Source: Trypanosoma brucei (Eukaryota). Taken from it: a DNA stretch of 64,000 nt. The DNA lies in contig CP000071.1 of assembly GCA_000002445.1 (NCBI GenBank), forward strand, positions 2,272,001 to 2,336,000. The letters run 5' to 3'. Within the stretch, counting starts at the first letter, position 1; each line of letters opens with the position of its first letter. The position numbers were made by a program, and so were the translations under genes. Shown in pieces: positions 11,520 through 23,275 of this stretch. The notes beneath the pieces are model-generated. The model was not told where the DNA came from, ran no database searches, and saw only the letters and a program-made list of their open reading frames with translations.

Positions 11520-12462
11520 TTTCTTGTGCTTTCATCTTTGTGTTTTTCTTTTTTTTCTTTTTCTTTTCCTTTTGGTGTAGCGTCTTTCTACCCAATGTAC
11601 GTATTTATCTATGTGTTTGTGTGTGTGAGAAAATGGATGGTTGCTATAAGACAGTCGCATTCATCCTTGTGTGTGGTTTGAGACTGTTTCTTTACCTTTC
11701 CATTGCCACTGTACTACTAGGTGATTCCGTTTTTTTTCGTTTTTTTCTTTTGTTTGCTGCGTGCACTGCTGGAAGGTGTGTTTGTGTTTTTTTTTTTATG
11801 TGGGGAGTAAAGAACGGTTAAACAGAAAAAAATTAACTGTTTGATTATGTATTTGGCCCTTTACGGTATATATAGTTTGTTGTTTCACACTTTTACAAGA
11901 TCCCCATTAGGTTTCTTTACCTTCTTTTTTTTCTTTCTTTTAGATTGTGTCCTTGGTTTCATTGATATTGGTGGAGTGCGTGATGGAGATTTTTTTTTTT
12001 TTTTAAAGAAGAGAGAAAAACGAAAAGGGAAGCGACGACAGAAACGGCGACATGGAAGAAATGAATAAGTGAGACAGCGAGAAAGCGAGAAAGCGAAATA
12101 TAAAGAGAGAGAGAGCGAGCGAGGACGATAAGATGGATGTGACGCTCACACGTTTACTTATATGAATCAATTAGTTTATTCACCACCCACTTTTGCTGAA
12201 TGAAACCCATAAAATATTTTATATTTATCTTCTGTATTTGTGTACGCATGTCAACAGACTTTTAGATTTCAATATTGCGTATCAGGGGGTATGAAGAAAG
12301 GAGCGAAGGGAAATGTTATGATGCGTTAACTCTTTTTCTTTCCTTTTTCCTTCTTTTTCCTTCTTTTCTTTCTTTAATTCCTTCTCTCTTCAGAAGCGCA
12401 GGGGTTTCCTTTTTTTTCTTTTGCTTGGGCGACCTTTCTTTCGTATAAATATAAATAAATAA

Positions 12463-12500
12463 ATAAATAAATATATATATATATATATATATTAGTTTGG
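12463..12500. repeat. (TAAA)n followed by (TA)n microsatellite
   Basis: aaataaataaataaataaatatatatatatatatatatat read directly. Other (TA)n runs at ~2570-2600, 17160-17190, 21998-22020, 23038-23066. Confidence 0.95.
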
Positions 12501-14145
12501 GATTTTCGTTTGAAGTGTTTCCCATTTTTTTCTTTCTTTTCCTTTTCATCCTCGTTGCGTGTATAAATTTAAGCACGTTTTTCTTTTTTTTAAAAAAGTT
12601 GTGGATGTACTCATGTATTTTTCTTTTTGCAAGCACGTGTGGGTGCCCGCATGTGTTTGTGTGTTTTATAAAAAAGAAAAAAAAATAAGCGGTGGAAAAT
12701 AAAGCAATGAAAAGAGTCCGGGGGGGGGGGTGGCACATGGGAAGAGGGAGATAAACGTATGAGTTTTTTTAATTTTTCTAAAAACAAAAACAAAAAAAAA
12801 TAACATCATTCGAATTAAAAAGCAAAAAAAAAAAGGAAAAGCATCGAAAAGCAAAATGTGATGGTGAATTGTTTCGTTTTGTTTTATTTCATGCGGCGTT
12901 GTTGTTGGGAAAATAAAGTAAAGTGAGTGAATAAAACGAGGGACGGAATGGTGTGTGGGTGTAGAATTCGATTCCCCTTCCATTTGAACACCTCTTTTTT
13001 CTTTTCTTTTCTTTTGCAAAAAAATTTTCTCCCGTTTCCTGTCCGTCCGTCCATTTTAACATACATATGCAAAAGGAGGAAGGAAAACAAAAAACAAAAA
13101 CAAAAAGAAAACAAATAAATGTACAACTAGTTATATCGTCTTTTATTTTCCCGTGGTCTTGGGGAAATGGGAACAGTTTCAGTGCATGCATAAATAAACT
13201 TTTGCGTTGCTCCTATCGCTTTTTCATCATCTGCACGTCCTGTTAATATCATCATTGTAACCGTCACCACTGTTACTTATATTTATTATTATTATGACTG
13301 TTAAATATGTTATTACAATTAATATTATTTTCTCTGTTATTGGATTTTACAGGTGTTTTTTTATTCATCTTGTTTTTCTCCCTCTTTACTCCCTTTTCTT
13401 TTCCCACTTTTCTTTGGTTTACATTTTTGACAAACATAATTACATCAGTTGCATGGTAAGAATGAAGATTACAAAGTTTAGCATAGTACGAATATTCGCT
13501 TTAGAGAAAGGAAAGGAAAGAAGAAAGAAAAAAACACTTTAAATTCAACTGAAAGCAACGGCACAACACTATTTTAGTGATAAGAGGACTTCACACACAT
13601 ATCTGAAGGGTAATTTGTCTCAATTTCCCTCAAAGTATAACATAAACTAAAGGAACAGTTGCATATAGTACATGTGTACAAATGTCAGATAAGAAATCTG
13701 TGCTGCACAGATGATGAGGCCAAAGAGGAGAGATCTGTGAAGATGGTGCAGAGGAACATTCAACCAGTTAAGTGTTGTCGGATGAAAAGAACGAATAAAA
13801 CGGGGGTCCGCACAACCGTTTCTTTTTTTTTTTCTTTTCTTCTTTTGTGTATCATTTCTCTTAAATTTCTCGTATTTCCTCTGCGCATTCCACTATATCG
13901 AAAAAGAAAGAATAAAGGAAGTGTTTATGTTAATGTATATATATTTATTTATACGTGCATATGCAAATCTACCGTGAAAATAGATTTTATAACTATCTGT
14001 TTTTTTTTTTTTACCACACTTATGTAGTTTAGGGAAGGAAAGACAAACACCGTGTGAGAAGAGGAGATAAAAGAGGGGGACGCAAAAGAACGACAACAAA
14101 AACAACATACACACACAAAACAAAAAGCGAAACAAGAAAAGAGGA

Positions 14146-14222
14146 TCATTATCATCATCATTATTACTATCATCATCATCATTATTACTATCATCATCAT
14201 CATTATTATTATTATTACTATT
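14146..14222. repeat. minisatellite, about 21-nt unit (atcatcatcattattactatc) x3-4, immediately upstream of gene 14234
   Basis: catcattatcatcatcattattactatcatcatcatcattattactatcatcatcatcattattattattattactat read directly. Confidence 0.9.
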
Positions 14223-14233
14223 CTTTTGCCTAA

Positions 14234-16756
14234 ATGACGACGAAGTCAGCCGTGCGAAAGGCGAGACGGTCGGCAACCCCACGTGCATTTCCATCAACAT
14301 TGTCACGCCATGACAAAACCGTGAAGAAGTTGCCGGCACCGCTGCAGTGTGCGGCACTGATGTTGGAAGAGCCCGCATCCGACCCTTCAACGCCTGTAGA
14401 ACATAAGGCCATTTCCGTCCCACCTCCACCACCACCGAACTGCGATCCCACAAAAATGATAATTTCTGATCGAAGTTTTGTCGACAGTAAATGTAATGAT
14501 TTCTCTGCTGGTAAAGTTACCGGTGTGGATATCAGTTGTGGCGTTGTGCCCATACATGTGGATGATGTTGTCGCCTACGAGTACATTGATAACTGCCGGC
14601 GCTGGCGGTGGGGGTTGGCAACGGTTGTTGCTCTCCCTGCACCATGGGTTGTGCAACTACTGCTATGGCGCAGCGACGGAGAGTTACTATTGCCATCATC
14701 AAGGTATTGTAACGGTCAACACAGCAGTCATGCACACAATTTGGCAAGTGATTATACGGCAGATGTTGGGATTAAGAGTTGTCATTTGCCGGACTCAATT
14801 TCCAAACATCGGAGGCAGTTACTGATGCACCAACTCGAGCGGCTGAAGGAGGAGCGTGATTACGTGCAAGAGGCAATGGATGGGTTGGTTAGACGTCTTG
14901 CTGTCCATCGTTTAACTTACAGAACCCAACGTCAGAGAGTGCAGGACGCAGCGACGGCAGCGGAGCATTTGTTAGCTGAGGCCCAAGCGCGGGTGAAATC
15001 CATTAACCAGCGGGACTGGCGGGAGATTCGTTGCTATCGTAACCCACCAGCGATTGTGCGACTCGTGGTGGAAGCCGTTTTCGCGGTGTTGGGTGAACAC
15101 GACTGCGGGAAGTGGCGATGGTCCCGATTGCAAAAGGCGATGCGCAGAAGTAGCTTCCTCCATGCTGTGGAGCGATTCAAGCCTTGCCATTTGAGCGAGT
15201 CCGCGAAGCAACACATACGCAAGAAGTTCATGGAAGATTCCCGCTTCACATACGAGGCTGCGGTGAAGGGAAGCCAAGCATTGGGTTATCTTGAGCAATG
15301 GGTTGTCGTACAAGTGGAAAGCGCGGCTGCGAAGGAGGGCCTCGCCGCATATGATGAAGCCCACGGTAAAGAGCGTGGTGCTATAGTCATGTTGGAGGGG
15401 GAGGTGAACGCGCTGCGGGATAAACTGGACCAGTACATGAAAGAGGAAGAAAATATTCAAACAGCCCTCCACAGGGTAACAGGAGAGTTTCCGAACAACT
15501 TCAGCGAAGTTGGTGACGGTGACGACACCACCAGTTCTGCTGTCGACGCGGGCTTTGGTGTTACTGATGGCTGGGATGGGTGTGGGTGTGGGTGTGGCGA
15601 TGTGAACGGTGGGAGTGCGTTAAACTGTGACGACTGCAGCGGATGTTTTATCAACTGTGACAATGTGAGGGTAATGGAAGGAACTCCCCGTGACGTTGTC
15701 TCCGCATCCGTTGCCATTGATATCTGCAAAGGTCACATTGTCAACAACATCAACTCAGCCTTACGTGAAGATGCCGGTTGCGTTCAGGAGGCCGGTGCAG
15801 TATGGACAGGTACTGAAGAGCTATTGCTCGTCTTGCGAACCACTATTCTTTGCAACTTCAATCGAGCAGAGCAGACTATAATTCACCTTACGCACGAGCA
15901 AATGAGCGCACTTGGAGAGGCGCTGCGTCGGCGTGGTCATAGCCTGATAAATAATTCCTGGGAGGTTGACCGGCGGGCCGGGGAAATGGAGAGGGATCTG
16001 CAAGATGCGCTGGAGGAACTCCGTGGACATCATGGTCGGACATTACACGACCTTCGGCAACTAGAAATTGAGAATTATGAACTCACAAGGAAGCTTGAGC
16101 GGCGTGAGCAGGAGTTGGATAAACTCAACCGGGCAATACAAGATGGCATTGGTTTGTTCTGTACTCCACGCGGATCACAACTTGGCTCGACACGCGGGAC
16201 CCCTCGGAGTTATGAAATGGATGGCAGGATGAGTACCACTGGGAATGGATCAAACGTTTCCAATCGTTCACGTCGATGGAACTCGTCAACTCACTTTTTG
16301 TCCACTGCTGTCAGCTGCGCTGACGAGTCGCAGAGTAACCGGTTGAGCCCGGTGGATCAACGGGACGCCTCGAAAGCAACGGCTTCGACGACATCATCAC
16401 GCCCGCTTCCCACCGCCGCCTACGTGCAGTTGTTGGAGGATGATTTGCGGTTCGTGCAGGAGGAGCTGCAGCGCAGTAAAGATGAACTCAACAATTTCCG
16501 TAAGATGGTGACACCTGGTTATTATACTTCCACCGCGTTATGGTTAGACCGAGAGAGTGTGATGGAGGTTCAGGCAAAGAAGATTGCAGCACTTGTGGAA
16601 GCACTCGCGCACAGTGATGAGGGGCGACGGCATGTTGAGGAACGCATGATGACTGAGCACCGCCAACTGATGGCTCGCATGGAGGCGTTGCAGCGGGATA
16701 TGGAGCAACAGAGAGGAGCCGGTAAAAACTCTCTTCCCATTCCCCAAAATGTGTGA
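14234..16756 (+). CDS. coiled-coil protein with dynein-stalk/microtubule-binding-domain-like module
   Basis: 840-aa ORF with ATG at 14234. Segment RNPPAIVRLVVEAVFAVLGE...W..LQKAM....FLHAVERF.....SESAKQHIRKKFMEDSRFTYEAAVKGSQALGYLEQWVVVQVESAA follows the conserved pattern of the dynein heavy-chain stalk entry and MTBD (NPPxxVKLVMEAVCxLLG ... W ... FL..L..F .. I ... NP.F.PE.V.K.S.AA.GLC.WV.AM), with predicted coiled coil on both sides. The protein is far too short to be a dynein heavy chain. Confidence 0.65.
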   Translation: MTTKSAVRKARRSATPRAFPSTLSRHDKTVKKLPAPLQCAALMLEEPASDPSTPVEHKAISVPPPPPPNCDPTKMIISDRSFVDSKCNDFSAGKVTGVDISCGVVPIHVDDVVAYEYIDNCRRWRWGLATVVALPAPWVVQLLLWRSDGELLLPSSRYCNGQHSSHAHNLASDYTADVGIKSCHLPDSISKHRRQLLMHQLERLKEERDYVQEAMDGLVRRLAVHRLTYRTQRQRVQDAATAAEHLLAEAQARVKSINQRDWREIRCYRNPPAIVRLVVEAVFAVLGEHDCGKWRWSRLQKAMRRSSFLHAVERFKPCHLSESAKQHIRKKFMEDSRFTYEAAVKGSQALGYLEQWVVVQVESAAAKEGLAAYDEAHGKERGAIVMLEGEVNALRDKLDQYMKEEENIQTALHRVTGEFPNNFSEVGDGDDTTSSAVDAGFGVTDGWDGCGCGCGDVNGGSALNCDDCSGCFINCDNVRVMEGTPRDVVSASVAIDICKGHIVNNINSALREDAGCVQEAGAVWTGTEELLLVLRTTILCNFNRAEQTIIHLTHEQMSALGEALRRRGHSLINNSWEVDRRAGEMERDLQDALEELRGHHGRTLHDLRQLEIENYELTRKLERREQELDKLNRAIQDGIGLFCTPRGSQLGSTRGTPRSYEMDGRMSTTGNGSNVSNRSRRWNSSTHFLSTAVSCADESQSNRLSPVDQRDASKATASTTSSRPLPTAAYVQLLEDDLRFVQEELQRSKDELNNFRKMVTPGYYTSTALWLDRESVMEVQAKKIAALVEALAHSDEGRRHVEERMMTEHRQLMARMEALQRDMEQQRGAGKNSLPIPQNV

Positions 16757-17154
16757 CCGCATCAAACGGTGAAACGGGGTTGAAACCAGCAGCAATGGAA
16801 GGGAAGTTCCATATACTCTGGAGGTTTATAGTTGATATCCTTGTGTGTACAAAAGCTGACAAAATTGAAGGAAGGGGGAAAGATGTAAAAAGAAAAAAAA
16901 AAGGAAAAGAAGGGAGCTCATAATTCTGTTGCATGCGTTTTTGCAGCTGCATGACTCGGTGGCAGGAATAACGTCACAAATTATGTTACGGGAGTGGGAG
17001 GCGGCCACGACAGAAACCGTAAGTTGCCGACACACATTCACACATTTAGTGGTCACGTGTGTCCGCGCGGCTGTTCCTTCCTTCCTTCCTTTCCTTTCTT
17101 TTCTCTTTTTTGTTTTTCCTTCCCCATTGGTGGTCTCATTCTTTTTTACTTTTC

Positions 17155-17186
<32 letters not shown>

Positions 17187-18843
17187 TTATTTATTTTTTT
17201 GTTTTTGTCTTTTCATCATTCTATCGTGAACAGTTCCATAAGCAAACCAGCAGAGTGAAGTTCTTTTTTTTTTTTCTGTGGGAGTACATTGCCAGTGAGC
17301 TTGCGCGTGTAGGGGGAGGAGGGGGGCGCTATGAGCCGTACGACATCTGTGGAAATACCGCTTGAGGAATAACATATGCTCACGTGTACGCATGTGTGGG
17401 ATTCATTGAAGACAATTCTAATGTTTCTTTCACTTTTTTTTTCTTCTTTCTTTCTTTCTCAGAAAATTCTTTTTAGACCCTCCATTTTTGTTTTGTTTTG
17501 TTTTTACCTACCTACCTACCTACATACCGCTTCGCGCACGTATTCATATAACATTTGCCGTGTCGTTGATGTTTTGATTTCTTAACCCTTTTCATAGTTA
17601 ACACCATTGTTATTGTTATTGTTATTATTATTTATTTTTATTTTTTTGACGCTCTTACTGTTGTTATTGCTGACTTTGCCTGTGGTTCTGTTGCCACCGC
17701 TCCTTTTCCTTAATATTTTTTTTTCCTCTTGTTTTTGAATCCACCGTTTAACATCAGTGTACAGGTGGAGAGGTGCGAAGGGGCCTTCTGTTACATTTCC
17801 CCACTTTTTTTTTCCCGTTTCAAAGCATGGTGGATGTAACAGGTTCCTTCTTACATCTTCTTTTTTTTTTTTGAGAAAAAACAATCAACTAAACAAGTTA
17901 AATTGTAATAATGATAATAATAATAATAGTAACAATAATATTTATTTATTTTCCCCCTTTTCCCCTTTCCTCCCCCTCTTGTATTATTTTGCGCGTTTCA
18001 TGCGTTTGCTTAACTTTCATTGAAGGGGAATTTCTGCACATCTGCGGAGGTGGGTCAGTGAATAGTTAATTAGATATTTCAAAGGGAAACTACGGGAAAT
18101 AAGCGAATGAACCAAAGAAAGAAAAAGAAGGGGAAAAGGTGAGGGGGAGGGAGCAGTGGTAAAATAATAATAATAATAATATATGTACTTAATAAAAGGC
18201 AATGAGAAAGCGGAATCATGTCTGATATTCATTTGGGAAAGAAGGTGCGCGTGCATGTGTGCGTATAAATATTAATCTAAATAATAATGATGATAATAAT
18301 GATAATAATTGTTATTAATGTCATTTTTTTTATGCTTTACTTCAGTGTATCGTCCCCACATCATTAATAGTAACAAATTATCACCGTTGTATTTGCTATT
18401 TTTTTTTTAAACTTAAAGCAGCTGAAGCACGATGCCGGTCTTACGGTAAAACTGTACATGCTATATTTTTAAGAAACGAAGAGAGAGAGAGAGAGAAAAA
18501 AAAGTATTTTGCCTTCAATTGTTGTTTTCTGCGACATGTCTGCGCAAGGAGCATGTTCCATTTGTTCATGTAGCATCTCAATTACTCTTCTTATAGTAGT
18601 TGGGTTCGGTTACCTCTTCATTCGCATTACTTCTTTCTGCAACTCATGACATAATGATCATCATCAGTTCAATCTGGTAATTCATATTATTAACATTATT
18701 GTTTCCACTCTATTCCTCATGTTTTCTTCAAGCTTTCCGGGAATCGGATTAAAACCAGGGAAAGACGTGACTTACCTTGGGTGTGCGTGTGTGTGTGTGC
18801 GTTTGTGTTTGTGTGTTTGTGGGTAGTGCTTAGTGAATTTAAT

Positions 18844-21810
18844 ATGAATCGCTTCCAACGGAGTGACGAAACGCTTTCATCATCTGCGAGCGGGCAAAGA
18901 GCTCGACGGTCAACTACAGGGGGTCTCGAGAACAGCATCAGCATCAGCTACGGCACGGATATCACCAGAAGCACAAGTAGCAAAGCAATCAGAAGAAGAA
19001 GAAGTAATCTCACCGTTCCCAGTGGGACTGGTCATTTTAGCTGCACCCGAACCCGGATTCCTAATAATACTTGTTTAAGGAGAAGCAGCTTTCCATCGGG
19101 TAATACACCCCTACGGGCTGACCGAACACCGAGTCCGAAAAGTCTCAAGCGGCAGAAGGTGCGGCTCCACGTAGTTAAGCCTCTGCTGCAAAGCAGCCAT
19201 AACACCCGTTTGATTGTAAATGATAGCGTTTGTACTGGTACTGATACTAAGGCCAATGGTGACAGCGATACGAAGTGTGATGTTAACGATATCAGTTTAT
19301 GCAGCACTAGTGTTGTTGATGCACCGCCAATAGGGCCAGAGGAGGGGACCGCTTACCAACAGCAGGAAAATCTTACGCTGAATGATGTGGAGGAGTTACG
19401 CCGCCGCCGAGAACAACTACGGTACGGCGTTGACACATCACTTGCGCGCATTGCAGAATTGAAACTGTTAACGCAGGCGTTCCGTTTAGATCAAAGAGGC
19501 ACCGATGGCGGGGACGGTGAAGCTCTCAACGCTGCATCCAGTGCTGAGATCAGTAACAGTGCCCTCCTTAATAGCACGGAAAATGAGGCCAGTGTAACTT
19601 CGAAGAGTCTGGCAATTGAGGGAGAGGAATGGGGTAGAGAGGAGGATACCCTATTACTACTAAAAGTTGCTGAGGAGGAGTATGAAGAGCTTAGATTGCA
19701 ACTGACTTTGGCGTGCGCTTCCCTTTCTGCTGTCCCACAAACCTTGTGGACTGACATTCGGAGGTTTCGCCAGCCACCCCCTGCTGTGGCTGCCGTTGTT
19801 GATGCCGTCTTGATACTTTTAGGCCTCCCACAAAGCAGACACCGACGGCTGGGGCTTGGAAATGGGGGATGGCCCAACTTTCCTCAGCAGCTTATACAGT
19901 GTGACCCGCTGGCCACTTATCAAAAAATAATGGGTATTGCTGATTGTGAGTCGTGGATGAATGGCGTTTCGCGTATGGGTGAGCTTGAACATTTTTTGTG
20001 CCACTGGACTCATCTCCGCGTCTCACGTGTGCACCCGACTTTGGGTCCACTGCACCAGTGGGTTAAGACAATGGTTGACGCCAGCCGGGCAGCCGGAAGG
20101 TTGGAGGCTCTTAGAGATGCATCAAGCGCTAAACAAATTGCAACTGTAGCCGGCAGAGGGATACTGCTGCGTGAGCTGGAGGAAAATGAGGAGTACGTTC
20201 AGCTTGCGCAGGAGGAGATAGCCGCTATCGACGCATTGGTTGCGGATGTAGTTGCATTCGGTGTGGCGGGTCCAGCTATTAGTTCGGGTGCTGCCGTCTC
20301 GGAAGAAAAGAGGAATCTCGCGGAACCGGCCGAGGCTTACGGGGAGCCCTCCGCGCAGAGGTCTGGAGGTCGAGGGCGTGCAGGGAAGGGGGTGAGTTGG
20401 AGTGCAGAGGTGTCCAATGCCAATTCTCTTCCTCTTGTTTCTGGGACAGAGCAACGGGTTACTACGGCAGGGACGGGGCGGAGGAGGAAAGATATTGTCA
20501 TCCCTGCTCTCAACTTTGCCGATTGCTTGCCTTCGTTCCCTCATGCGGAGCAGGGGCCGCTGTCGTTGCGTGAGCGATTTGAGAGGATTCGTACGTCTTC
20601 GTTATGCCATAGTCCTCGGGCTGGTCCCATCAGCCATGTTGAAGGTAGTCCCTCACGTGGTAATTTCGGTAGCGTAACGGAGATTGCAAATTCCATTGGA
20701 AATGTGAGTTTCCTGACCACCGCCCGTGCGCTTCGTGATAGAGAGAACCTACTGATGCGCGTCCACCAGCTGGAAGAACAGTTGAATGAAATTTGCGGCA
20801 GCAAGCCAAAAGAAGTGGAACTCGTTCTGTTGCGTGACGAGCTGGCTGCAGCACAGGAAGAGATTAGCAGGCTGCGGGCAGAGCGGGATGAGCTTGAACA
20901 GCGGGCTAAGCGTCGTGACACCTATTACAAACCTTCCTCTCCACGAGGGGGGTGCATTAAGGGGTTGGATGAAGAACTAGCCGGCGCGGATGAGATTTCA
21001 TCGGCGGGCGCGTCGAAGGAGAAAGCTGCGGATGGTTCAGGGGATGCCATGACGGTAATGATGCTGGAACAACAGTTGTTGACCGCTCATGCCCGCATAC
21101 AACACCTAGAGGCTACTGTTGTAGGGCTGACTTCAGATGAAGGCACGCAATGCACATCGGTAAGTGGTAGTGGCAATGACTCACCGGAGGCTCCATATGA
21201 CAATTCCAATCGACCTTCAGCTTTCGCCGCATCTGGCCTCGGTATCACCATTGCTGGCGGCCCGGGGGAGGTACCGTTTCTTCAGCGCCGCATAGATGAA
21301 ATGCAACGAATTTTGGAGATGCAAGAGCGTGCTGTCAATGATGCGGAGGAGAGGCTCAATAATGAAATGCACGCTAAGAATGAGGCATACGAGCAGGTGC
21401 GTCAGCTACAGGCAGAGCTCCGCAGCGTATGGCAGCAACTGGAGAACAGCGAGTATCAACTTAAGGTAGCAATGGAGGGCTCGCGCTGTTATTACTGCCG
21501 TGCGGATTTGGATGACCGCGATGCGGGGCATGGTGGTGAAGACATGCGACAACAGCGACGGCGTGAGGCGGTTTGTCAGGAGGAAATCGAGCGCCTTCGC
21601 ATGCAGCTGCGTGACCAAAAACAACGCAGTGTAGAGGAAAGGCGGCGACGACTTGAACTCCGTAAGGTTCGCAGCGCGCTTTTGCTCAAGTTGGAGAATA
21701 CCTTCACTGAGGCCCTGCGGTTGCAAGAGAACGGATCGGAGCGGGCGGCTGCGATATTACAGCCCACCCGTACAGACATGGGTGATAATGTGAACTCGCA
21801 GGAACTTTAG
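18844..21810 (+). CDS. coiled-coil protein, paralog of 14234..16756, with dynein-stalk/MTBD-like module
   Basis: ORF 18781..21810 begins inside a (GT)n tract. The in-frame ATG at 18844 (MNRFQRSDE...) is the likelier start. Contains WTDIRRFRQPPPAVAAVVDAVLILLG ... W..F.QQL....PLATYQKIMGIADCESWMNGVSRMGELEHFLCHWTHLRVSRVHP, the same module as the upstream gene, flanked by coiled-coil segments (e.g. LMRVHQLEEQLNEI, AAQEEISRLRAERDELEQRAK). Confidence 0.65.
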   Translation: MNRFQRSDETLSSSASGQRARRSTTGGLENSISISYGTDITRSTSSKAIRRRRSNLTVPSGTGHFSCTRTRIPNNTCLRRSSFPSGNTPLRADRTPSPKSLKRQKVRLHVVKPLLQSSHNTRLIVNDSVCTGTDTKANGDSDTKCDVNDISLCSTSVVDAPPIGPEEGTAYQQQENLTLNDVEELRRRREQLRYGVDTSLARIAELKLLTQAFRLDQRGTDGGDGEALNAASSAEISNSALLNSTENEASVTSKSLAIEGEEWGREEDTLLLLKVAEEEYEELRLQLTLACASLSAVPQTLWTDIRRFRQPPPAVAAVVDAVLILLGLPQSRHRRLGLGNGGWPNFPQQLIQCDPLATYQKIMGIADCESWMNGVSRMGELEHFLCHWTHLRVSRVHPTLGPLHQWVKTMVDASRAAGRLEALRDASSAKQIATVAGRGILLRELEENEEYVQLAQEEIAAIDALVADVVAFGVAGPAISSGAAVSEEKRNLAEPAEAYGEPSAQRSGGRGRAGKGVSWSAEVSNANSLPLVSGTEQRVTTAGTGRRRKDIVIPALNFADCLPSFPHAEQGPLSLRERFERIRTSSLCHSPRAGPISHVEGSPSRGNFGSVTEIANSIGNVSFLTTARALRDRENLLMRVHQLEEQLNEICGSKPKEVELVLLRDELAAAQEEISRLRAERDELEQRAKRRDTYYKPSSPRGGCIKGLDEELAGADEISSAGASKEKAADGSGDAMTVMMLEQQLLTAHARIQHLEATVVGLTSDEGTQCTSVSGSGNDSPEAPYDNSNRPSAFAASGLGITIAGGPGEVPFLQRRIDEMQRILEMQERAVNDAEERLNNEMHAKNEAYEQVRQLQAELRSVWQQLENSEYQLKVAMEGSRCYYCRADLDDRDAGHGGEDMRQQRRREAVCQEEIERLRMQLRDQKQRSVEERRRRLELRKVRSALLLKLENTFTEALRLQENGSERAAAILQPTRTDMGDNVNSQEL

Positions 21811-23212
21811 AGTAAAATTCAAAAAAAAAAGCAACTAGAAGTAGCCTTAACAGTAAGAGAAAATGAGGAACAGAGAGAGCAAGAGAAAGTTTCCTTTTTT
21901 TTTAAAGAAAAAAGAGGAAAGGAAAGAGGCGCATGAATAAGTAAGTTAGGTTGGGGAGGATTCATGTCAGGTGAATAGCGCAGCGGGCATGTATATATAA
22001 ATATATATATATATATACATATATGCATGTGTGCACATCCCGTAGCGTCATTGGTACCAGTGGGAACGAATTACATTATTGAAGGATCAGGTGCCCCTAA
22101 GTAGCCGAGGGGACGTGTCGCAAATGTGCTTAAGGTACTTCATTCCCATTTTGTTTTGTTTTTATGTTTTTTTTTATTTTCCCCTTTTTGTTTAATTTCT
22201 AACACCTCTCTTCAATCCTTTTCTGCCTACAGTGGATATGAGGTAATAATAACCTTGTTTGTGGAGGAGGGAATTTATACGCCGTATCGACTGTAGGCGC
22301 TGTGCAACGGTAAAAAATAAAAAAACAAAAAAAAACAAAAAGGACGTGCATGTTTGTGTGTTTGTACCCGTGTGTGTGTGTGTGTGTTTGTGTTGGAGGT
22401 TTGCGGTATGCAGTTTCTTGTCTTTTTGTTTTTGTATTCCTTCCTACTCCTGATTCGTTAAATTATTGTTTTTTAAAAAAAGTTTGCTTATTCACTCCAG
22501 CACGCTATAAAGCTTTACTTTCTTATTATTGTTATTATTACTTATGCTATTGTTATTATTGTTTGTCACTCGCAAGTAAATATAAATAGGTGCATCTCTA
22601 TATAATTATTGAATCAAGTTTCTGTTTAGTACTTCATTTATGCAGTGATATGATGAATATTTTGGGTTAAAAAGAGTGAAAAGAAGTGAAAAAGAGAAGG
22701 AAGAAGTGGCATAGAGAAGCATACAAGAAAAGAGCTAAAATAAATAAAAATAAAGTAAAATAGCAATAGAAGCGAAAGAAAAGAGAAAAGATATCATTAA
22801 AGAAAAAAGGAAAGAAAAAAAAGAAAAAGAAAAGAAAGAAGGAAGACCAGGAAGTTGTTTTTAAATGGTGTGAGAGATGCAAGAAGAAAAAAAAACATTT
22901 TCTTTTTTTTTTTTTACACATAGAGTCACAATGCATGTGCCATAACAAACGCAACCGCACACCCACAAACAAGAACATGCGCATATACGCAAAACTGAAG
23001 AAATAAAGGGAACTTTTTGTATTCGCAAGTATATAACATATATATATATATATATATGAGTTAATATATGTGTACAATATTATTATTATTATTTTTACTA
23101 TTCTTATTTACTGCTATTATTGTTGACGTCGTGGTTTGGAGGTTAAAGAAAGCAAAAGAGAAAGAAGGAGAGAGAGAAAGAGAGAGGAAAAAAAAAGAAA
23201 ATGAGAACGAAG

Positions 23213-23275
23213 AACAACAACAACAACAACAACAACAACAAAATAATAATAACAATAATAATAATAACAGATAAA
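23213..23275. repeat. (CAA)n then (AAT)n trinucleotide repeats
   Basis: caacaacaacaacaacaacaacaaaataataataacaataataataataa read directly. Confidence 0.9.
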
